The notes beneath the pieces were generated by a model that was not told the DNA's origin, did not search any database, and worked only from the letters and a program-made list of their open reading frames with translations. A DNA stretch of 64,000 nt from a virus. Within the stretch, counting starts at the first letter, position 1; each line of letters starts with the position of its first letter. A program made the position numbers and the translations under genes. The stretch spans positions 1-64,000 of the IMG/VR virus record IMGVR_UViG_3300005805_000051. One strand, 5' to 3'. Shown piece by piece: positions 57,704-64,000 of this stretch.

Positions 57704-60169
57704 ATGGCAGAAAATCGCAATCCTTCAAAAAAAATATCCTTCGTGGAGCAGTTTTACAAGCCCGAAGCAGTTCAATCTGAGATGGCTAAGACATTTCTGA
57801 ATGTCACAAAAGAGCTATCGGATAAAAAAGCAATGGCTCTAAAAAAGACTATTGCCCCGTTCGAGAAGCAAGTTGAAGGAACTTTAATTAGTTCTTCGGG
57901 TGAAAAGCAATCACTGGTTGAGTTATATTACAATCAGATTGCTGAGATTTATTATGGCTCCGCCGAAGCATCAACGGATATTATTAAGCGAGAACTGCTT
58001 CCTACGTTGGAAGATATCAGTTCATCTCTTCGATCAGAAATTGCATTAAGTGACGAAGAAAAAGACCCTCTTCTAAAAATTATCGGAGAAGCACAAGATG
58101 CGTTAAAATCTCGCATCAGTGTTATTGGTCGTGTTGCGGCAAAAACAAAAGCTCTTGCCGGCAGTGGCGTTGTTCAATCGTTCCTCGCAGGGGCAGCGAC
58201 CGACAACCCCCTAGTAGCATTAGCTGTATTTGCCGCTAGCAACCGACCAAACAAGAAAAAAACCGTCGAAATTGAAGAATCGCGCCGGCAAGCATCAATG
58301 GAGCGAGGAAAAAAATCGTTTGCCGCATTAGACGAAGCGACTGCTCCTACCGCAACCAAAGAAGGTCGAGCAGGAACACGACCATCAGCAAAAGCGTTGT
58401 CATCGTCTGCTGGAGGCGATGGAGGATTTGCTCTTGGTGATGGGGAGGGTGGTGGTGGAGGTATTGCAGGCATTCTTGCAAAACAAACCACCACATTAGA
58501 AAGCATTGACGCGTCGATGAAAGGTATGGTTGAACTGTTTAGTAAGCAGTTTGACCTTCAACAACGGCAGGCGGAAGAATCAACATTTGAAACTAGCTCT
58601 GCGGTCAAGATGACTAAAGAAAAAGCTGATGATGGCAAGGAAGAAAAAAAACAAAAAGGATTTCTGGAAACCTTACTTGGTGGATTTGTCGGAGTTGCAG
58701 ACTTTATCAAAGGCTTACTTCCTAATTGGATGACCGAACTTGGTGGTAAACTTTTTGGAATGATTTCTACGCTTGGGAGTACCTTAAGTACCGCACTTTC
58801 GTCTCTTGGTTCGACTCTTTCTGGTGCATTTTCAGCTCTCAAAGGTGGACTTTCAAGTCTTTTGTCAAATATTTTGCCCGCTGGAGCAGGAGCTACCGCA
58901 GCATTTTTAGGTGGTGGATTGGCTGGTGTGGCGGCCACAGCCGCTACATTTAAAGCCATCAACGCAGGTCCAGCCCTTGTCGGAAGTGTTTACAAGAAAG
59001 CTAAAGAATACGGACTCGATCAAACAGGTTCAGTTACTGAAATTTCAAAACGTATTCGTGCCTATGAACAATCAAAAGGCATGACCCTTTCGAAACAAGC
59101 CCGTGTTATTAATGAAGGTGGAAAACCTGTTCTCCTAGAAGAAGGCGATCCTCGATTGACCGCAGCACCGGCGGCCGCACCTGAAAAGGCTGCATCATCT
59201 GCGGCACCTACATCTACTGGCACTCCGTCTTCTCCACCACCAGCTCCACCAGCCCCAACACCTTCGGCAGCACCAGCAGCAGCACCAACGCCTCCAGCAC
59301 CTCCACCACCGTCTGCAACACCGACGCCTGCACCCACGGGCCCGGCTGCTGAATCATTGGGGAGTGTTGATGAAAACATGAAAATGATTATGCAGCATGA
59401 GGGCGTGCGGACACGACCCTATAAAGATTCTCTCGGACTGTGGACCGTTGGTGTGGGGCATCTCATCGGTGATGGAAAAACGCTCCCCCCTGAAATGAAC
59501 CGCGAATTTTCACAAGCGGAAGTCATGAGCATGTTCAAAAAAGATTATGAACATCATGCCACAGCCGCAGCAAAAATTCCCGGCTTCAACAAAATGAATT
59601 CTACGGGCAAGGGCGCGCTCATCGACCTCACCTTCAATATGGGACCAAAATGGTATACAAAGTGGCCCAATACCGTAAAAGCTCTTAGTGCTGGAGATGC
59701 GGAAGGTGCGGCAAGTGGTCTTGAAAATTCAAAATGGTATCGTCAAGTAGGCAACAGAGCGCGAAAAATTGTTTCAATGGTTCGTGCAGGATTTTCGGGT
59801 AAACCCACAACCACCCCTGACGCTGCGTCTGGTAATGTCCCCACACGATTTGCCGAAGCTTCAACCGGCGGTGGTGCGGGAGGGGGAGCGGGTGCTGGTA
59901 GTGCAACCACATCTATGGCACAAGCATCTCCCTCAACTGGTGGTGCCCCAATAACAGCCGCTCCTGCTGGTGGTGATATGGTAGCCACAGGTCGTGCATC
60001 GATGACCCCAAGCTTACAAGTTGCCTCCGCTGCTCCGTCTTCAGGTGGTGTAGTTGTTGGAGGTTCAAGCACCAATGTCATCAACAACGGGGGTGGTGGA
60101 CAACCGATGGGACGACTACCCGCACCAGTCGACGGGGAACCCGTTGTGCGTCGTGTGATTAACGCCTAA
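57704..60169 (+). CDS. Tape-measure/hub-like protein with a T4-type lysozyme domain
   Basis: Helical Ala/Gly-rich body, Pro-rich linker, and HEG.R..PYKDSLGLWTVGVGHLI...FNMG...SKWYRQVGNRA. Sits at the gp29-equivalent position. Confidence 0.8.
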   Translation: MAENRNPSKKISFVEQFYKPEAVQSEMAKTFLNVTKELSDKKAMALKKTIAPFEKQVEGTLISSSGEKQSLVELYYNQIAEIYYGSAEASTDIIKRELLPTLEDISSSLRSEIALSDEEKDPLLKIIGEAQDALKSRISVIGRVAAKTKALAGSGVVQSFLAGAATDNPLVALAVFAASNRPNKKKTVEIEESRRQASMERGKKSFAALDEATAPTATKEGRAGTRPSAKALSSSAGGDGGFALGDGEGGGGGIAGILAKQTTTLESIDASMKGMVELFSKQFDLQQRQAEESTFETSSAVKMTKEKADDGKEEKKQKGFLETLLGGFVGVADFIKGLLPNWMTELGGKLFGMISTLGSTLSTALSSLGSTLSGAFSALKGGLSSLLSNILPAGAGATAAFLGGGLAGVAATAATFKAINAGPALVGSVYKKAKEYGLDQTGSVTEISKRIRAYEQSKGMTLSKQARVINEGGKPVLLEEGDPRLTAAPAAAPEKAASSAAPTSTGTPSSPPPAPPAPTPSAAPAAAPTPPAPPPPSATPTPAPTGPAAESLGSVDENMKMIMQHEGVRTRPYKDSLGLWTVGVGHLIGDGKTLPPEMNREFSQAEVMSMFKKDYEHHATAAAKIPGFNKMNSTGKGALIDLTFNMGPKWYTKWPNTVKALSAGDAEGAASGLENSKWYRQVGNRARKIVSMVRAGFSGKPTTTPDAASGNVPTRFAEASTGGGAGGGAGAGSATTSMAQASPSTGGAPITAAPAGGDMVATGRASMTPSLQVASAAPSSGGVVVGGSSTNVINNGGGGQPMGRLPAPVDGEPVVRRVINA

Positions 60170-60201
60170 AAAAAGCCCCGTTGGCCGAAACCAACGGGGC
60201 T
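60168..60201 (-). terminator. Intrinsic terminator between convergent genes (ends gp32)
   Basis: AGCCCCGTTGG/CCAACGGGGCT stem with a U tract on the minus strand. Confidence 0.85.
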
Positions 60202-60222
60202 GAGTTCCACCCGACTTACGCA

Positions 60223-61149
60223 CTAATCATCATCAAACTTCCGCAGTCGTGCGTCGTCTTCGTCCTCGTCGTCATCACTGACACTCGGGGGCGTCCACGG
60301 GCGTGCCGAGGTTGGAACCGGCACGTCATCATCCTCATCCAGCTTCGCAACCGCAGGACGACGGGTGGCACTCACAGGGGCATCATTCGGCGTCAGGTAT
60401 ACTGACGTATCGAATGTCATCACCTTATCAAGCTTCTTCTTCAACTCTTCATACGACTTGAACTTCTCCGGTGCGACAATCTCCGTCAGCGACCGCAGCC
60501 CGTTCAGCACCTGAAGAATCGCGGTTTCGTTGCCCTTCAGCAGCGGTGACGGCGCTTCAAATGCAGAATCATCATAGTTGGGATAGCCCGCCTGCTTCTT
60601 CTGACGCAGACGGAAGTTCGCCCCGTCAATCACATGGAACGGATCAACCGGCTGATCATCCTCGAACTCCGGCTCAATCGCCTTCGTGATCTTGTCGAAA
60701 ATCTTCTGACCGAAACGGAACAGAAACACCTTACCGTCGTTCTCGGGATTTCCCTTGTCCTGCACGACATAGATGTTTGCCACATAGGTCTTCTTACGTG
60801 ACTGCTTTCGTACCTGATCTCGCAGGGTATCATCCTTCGTCGCCCACATGCGTGAGTTGTAATCCCCAACGGGATCAGACTCTCCAATCGTCGTGCGACT
60901 CAGTTCGATATACCAGCCGTTCGGTCCTTCAAACGCATGACGATAGAACGACACAAACGGAATCGTCTCCGGCGGGGGCGCAGGAAGAAACCGGATGATC
61001 GCGGACCCATTGCCTGCCTTATCGACGGTCGGCTTCCAATAGCCTTCGTCGTCGCGGGCCCCGCCTTCCTTCGTCTGACTCTTGACCGCCGCCTTGAGCT
61101 TATCCAGCGAACTACTCTTCAACAGACTCTGAAACTGAGATGGTGACAT
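60223..61149 (-). CDS. gp32: Single-stranded DNA-binding protein
   Basis: DKAGNG.AIIRFLPAP, GWYIE, KIFDKI and NYD.S.F motifs with an acidic tail. Confidence 0.97.
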   Translation of the reverse strand: MSPSQFQSLLKSSSLDKLKAAVKSQTKEGGARDDEGYWKPTVDKAGNGSAIIRFLPAPPPETIPFVSFYRHAFEGPNGWYIELSRTTIGESDPVGDYNSRMWATKDDTLRDQVRKQSRKKTYVANIYVVQDKGNPENDGKVFLFRFGQKIFDKITKAIEPEFEDDQPVDPFHVIDGANFRLRQKKQAGYPNYDDSAFEAPSPLLKGNETAILQVLNGLRSLTEIVAPEKFKSYEELKKKLDKVMTFDTSVYLTPNDAPVSATRRPAVAKLDEDDDVPVPTSARPWTPPSVSDDDEDEDDARLRKFDDD

Positions 61150-61214
61150 ACTCTTTCATTCTCCTTAACACTGACATTCCAAGCAAGATAGACAATATAG
61201 ACAGTATAGACAAA

Positions 61215-61523
61215 TTAACCAAGTTTATCCAATAGAAACGAATTATCTTTCAACAATCGCCGACGAGACATCTCTTCCAACAGTGCCAACTTTAAGGTCG
61301 GGGTCAATAGCGGCTTTACGGATTCGTAATCCCGCTGGTAATATTCACAGAGTTCCAGAATCGCCTCGAAGTGCGATATCTGGTACCGTTGCACAACGGT
61401 CAGCACCACTTTAGTAAACGCTTCCGGGGTAATCTCGGCATCTTGTTCCGGCAAGCGTTCATCTGCGTGTTGGAACATTTGTCCGAAACTACGAACCGTG
61501 AGCGTAGAATTTGTGCTGTCCAT
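61215..61523 (-). CDS. gp33: Late promoter co-activator
   Basis: F...V...V......FEAIL..CE......ESV..LL...LK..L pattern; lies upstream of gp32. Confidence 0.75.
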   Translation of the reverse strand: MDSTNSTLTVRSFGQMFQHADERLPEQDAEITPEAFTKVVLTVVQRYQISHFEAILELCEYYQRDYESVKPLLTPTLKLALLEEMSRRRLLKDNSFLLDKLG

Positions 61524-62085
61524 ATGTCTTTACATGTTGTAACTGCTTTGACCACGCCGGCGAAATTGACACATGATGGAAGTGTGTGATGTTTTCGTAC
61601 GACTCCCGTAGTATAGCACGATTTTGAAGAAATGTTTTAGCCATGTCGATATATTTTTGTGGTGGCACACGACGCCACTTCGCATAATCGGCTGTCCATG
61701 AAAATTGTGCAGCTTGATAAACGACACCACAGACAGTGTGTGGATACGCATCAGACGACATCCGGTTGAAAACTACCGCCGCGACCGCCTCAATGCCTGC
61801 TACGGGTTCATATGCCGATTCAAAGAAAATATTTTGGGCAAGACACAACACTTCATTCGTGACCCGCTTCGGTCGCGTGACTTTTGCGCGTTTCACTGAC
61901 TTAACTTTTTCTGGCGTACTCCGCTGTAATGTGGCCGGACGAATTGCAATATGGTCGACAGGGGTGAATGTGTATACATTTTTCGGACGATTCCCGATGC
62001 CTTGACTTATGGCCATGACAATCAGAGTCAGGGCTAACCCTCGTGACGCCCAAATCCGAATCGACGATTCTCGTTTTCGTGCCAT
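61489..62085 (-). CDS. SleB-like cell wall hydrolase with an N-terminal hydrophobic segment
   Basis: CLAQNIFFES..EP..G..AVA.VV.NR, TVCGVVYQ..QFSW and HKFY motifs; GAGGAG before ATG 62085. Confidence 0.9.
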   Translation of the reverse strand: MARKRESSIRIWASRGLALTLIVMAISQGIGNRPKNVYTFTPVDHIAIRPATLQRSTPEKVKSVKRAKVTRPKRVTNEVLCLAQNIFFESAYEPVAGIEAVAAVVFNRMSSDAYPHTVCGVVYQAAQFSWTADYAKWRRVPPQKYIDMAKTFLQNRAILRESYENITHFHHVSISPAWSKQLQHVKTYGQHKFYAHGS

Positions 62086-62099
62086 TGCTCCTCGCTTGG

Positions 62100-62138
62100 A
62101 AAAAGAAAAACGCCGGTTTTGGGTCAGCGGAGCCGGCG
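62100..62138 (-). terminator. Probable terminator after the tmRNA
   Basis: CGCCGG...CCGGCG stem followed by TTTTTCTTTTT. Confidence 0.55.
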
Positions 62139-62139
62139 C

Positions 62140-62400
62140 GCTGTGATGATCACTTCTGTTGCAAGGTGGAACATCGAACCCCTGACTCATGAATGAGTCA
62201 AGTAGCTGCTAGGCAGCCATTGCGAACTGATAGGTGTCAGTTGCGAGTGTCTCTGTTTAACGTCAGCGACTTGACGATAGCCTCCATAGCTTTCTGCCGA
62301 TACTCTGTCGAATCCAAGTCACCCCCGTAAGTTTGAATGGTGGAGGTGGGCGGGTTCGAACCGCCGTCCAAAATATCCGAACGCTACTTCATCAGCTACA
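62140..62400 (-). ncRNA. ssrA: Circularly permuted (two-piece) tmRNA
   Basis: The acceptor piece ...GGCGGTTCGAACCCGCCCACCTCCACCA (ends 62338) comes before the coding piece GGGGGTGACTTGGATTCGAC (starts 62326). G3-U70 pair present; tag ATDTYQFAMAA*. The outer ends are approximate. Confidence 0.92.
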
Positions 62401-62408
62401 TTCTGTAT

Positions 62409-63158
62409 TTATGTCAACACCGTCTGTTGTACCTCGGCAAACCGTGCCACGCGTTCTTCTAGCAACGGGCGCCAGAGTTCAGCCGAAGATTCTTGCCAAA
62501 CCAACAGTTTCGGGCACAACTGTACAATCACGATGGTATCTATAGTACCACGACCCAACCATTCTGTCAACGCATCCGCATAAAATGTGGCTTGCAAGGC
62601 ATAGTTAGTCACCCGATTGTCCGTTTTGGGTTTTTTGCCAGTTTTAAAATCAATCACCGCAAGACGACCATCGGTCAGTTCCGCACAAATGTCCATGCGT
62701 CCAGCCACTTTATGACGCGTAGACATGATGCGTGACTCGGACAATAATACCGTGCGAATCCGCGCATTCAGCAGCGTTCCGATCGCCGCGGCCATCGGTG
62801 GGTCAGATGGGTCTTTCAAATATTTCCACAGAGGCTGCCCCGTGATGAAGGATTCGCAGAAATCATGCCAACGGGTACCGTTTCCCGCGGCGGTTTTGGT
62901 GACTCGATCCGCTTCCACTGCCCCGACGCGTTTCCGCCACTTACGAAGTGCCGATTGCCCTTCATCATCAGTCGCACTCAGCAGTGTCGTAATCGACGGA
63001 TAGCGTTCTCCTTCGCTCGTATACCAACGTTTCCCGTCGTGATAGGTTTCACTCAAGGTGACGCGCAACGGTTGAGGGTCGTAGGTAATCGTCGACGCAG
63101 GAATGTCAGCCGCATTCCAAAACGGATATTCATGAACATGCCATTCCTGTTGTGTCAT
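62409..63158 (-). CDS. PD-(D/E)XK exonuclease
   Basis: YPSITTLL, W.KRVG..EA, GT.WH and AGR.D...VIDFKT...Y.LQ..FYA motifs. Confidence 0.88.
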   Translation of the reverse strand: MTQQEWHVHEYPFWNAADIPASTITYDPQPLRVTLSETYHDGKRWYTSEGERYPSITTLLSATDDEGQSALRKWRKRVGAVEADRVTKTAAGNGTRWHDFCESFITGQPLWKYLKDPSDPPMAAAIGTLLNARIRTVLLSESRIMSTRHKVAGRMDICAELTDGRLAVIDFKTGKKPKTDNRVTNYALQATFYADALTEWLGRGTIDTIVIVQLCPKLLVWQESSAELWRPLLEERVARFAEVQQTVLT

Positions 63159-63201
63159 AACCCTAGTATACTACACTTCTAAATAGAGATGGAGGTATCC
63201 T

Positions 63202-63375
63202 ATGAACGGTGTACTTGTTGGTATTGTTCTCGGGCTGTTGCTTGTTGCGTGGGCCGTCACAACATTTATCGGCAAAGAATCAGGCGGACATGATCGTGTG
63301 CCGTTTGACTCGCGAAACTCCCCGTCATTCGGAGGCTCCACGCACCATGACGATCATGATAAACCCCTTATTTGA
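63202..63375 (+). CDS. Small membrane-anchored late protein (57 aa)
   Basis: Hand translation gives MNGVLVGIVLGLLLVAWAVTTFIGK...HHDDHDKPLI. GGAGG RBS and CTAAATA at 63179. Confidence 0.7.
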   Translation: MNGVLVGIVLGLLLVAWAVTTFIGKESGGHDRVPFDSRNSPSFGGSTHHDDHDKPLI

Positions 63376-63392
63376 GTATAGCTGAGGTCTGT

Positions 63393-63584
63393 ATGGAACT
63401 AGTTGGAGGCGTTGTTTTTGCAGTTGTTTTTGCGGGTGTCCTCGGGTATGCGTTATTGGGAAGAAAATCCCAAGACTCCATCGAGGCCACGCGTGAAGAA
63501 ATCTTACGACATCACGGGGTAGACGTTGACCCCGTGGATTTTCATAGTGATATCGACCCCGGCGACGACAATCGATTCATCTAA
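63393..63584 (+). CDS. Small membrane-anchored protein (63 aa)
   Basis: GAGG RBS, N-terminal transmembrane segment and acidic tail. Confidence 0.65.
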   Translation: MELVGGVVFAVVFAGVLGYALLGRKSQDSIEATREEILRHHGVDVDPVDFHSDIDPGDDNRFI

Positions 63585-63586
63585 CG

Positions 63587-63620
63587 AAAAAAGGACGGGC
63601 ATTTTACCCGTCCTTTTTTT
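63587..63620. terminator. Bidirectional intrinsic terminator
   Basis: A6-GGACGGG-CATTTTA-CCCGTCC followed by a T run, between convergent genes. Confidence 0.88.
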
Positions 63621-63630
63621 ATTGTACCAG

Positions 63631-63984
63631 TTAGTTCACGCGACCGACGAACAGTCGAGCGCGATCCCACGAAACGTTAAACACCTCACCAGCTTTCTTA
63701 TTGACGGGAGTCGCATCACCAGTTGCAGGATGATAGAAGGTACCACTGAAATTTCGAGCGGCACGAAACTGGTGTGTGCCGGGTTCTCCGTAGAACAGAT
63801 AGACACACCGACCATCACTGTGCTGCGCGCCGTCAACACGCACTTCGTGCGAAATGCCTTGATCAACGATACGTAGTTGACTCCATGTGTTGCCAGAGTG
63901 ATGTAGCGTAGTATATGTCATGACATCCTTCGGTAGTAACGCGCATATCTTCGGGGTGTTCCAGAAACCATTCTCCACTTGCAA
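63631..63984 (-). CDS. Hypothetical protein (start uncertain)
   Basis: The ORF ends next to the bidirectional terminator. Confidence 0.55.
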   Translation of the reverse strand: MQVENGFWNTPKICALLPKDVMTYTTLHHSGNTWSQLRIVDQGISHEVRVDGAQHSDGRCVYLFYGEPGTHQFRAARNFSGTFYHPATGDATPVNKKAGEVFNVSWDRARLFVGRVN

Positions 63985-64000
63985 GCCCTTGTCAATGGAG

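Noticed and set aside
62333-62545. Plus-strand 70-aa ORF, or a tRNA gene at 62338-62371
   Set aside because: This is the antisense of the tmRNA acceptor piece; there is no anticodon arm.
62409-63158. Cas4-like nuclease as evidence of a CRISPR system
   Set aside because: It is a stand-alone PD-(D/E)XK exonuclease common in T4-like phages, with no array or other cas genes.

Overview
This window is from a large T4-like myovirus (Tevenvirinae/Kyanoviridae-type gene set). It covers the gp46-gp47-gp55-uvsW-uvsY block, the head/neck/tail cluster (gp3, 23, 22, 21, 67, 20, two gp19 copies, 18, 17, 16, 15, 14, 13), fibre genes, the baseplate genes (gp8, 7, 6, 25, 5, 27, 53, 48, 4, 2, 54, 26, 51, 29-like), gp32/gp33, a SleB-like hydrolase and a circularly permuted tmRNA. 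The main find is a ~9 kb RiPP-type protein-modification cassette (22.9-31.9 kb) between two fibre genes. It holds two radical SAM/SPASM enzymes with His-x-Asp repeat tails, an HExxH enzyme, a 2OG-Fe(II) oxygenase and a methyltransferase fusion. It also holds two paralogous ~400-aa proteins built of 13-aa H-x-D/H-S-(D/N) repeats arranged in mirror order around a variable centre. These look like virion needle/fibre proteins and are the probable substrates. Other notable features are a uvsW gene fractured by an inserted late gene, a gp5 broken into separate genes, a probable -1 frameshift joining gp26 to gp51, and late genes that appear leaderless. All product calls come from motif recognition and synteny; no database search was run.
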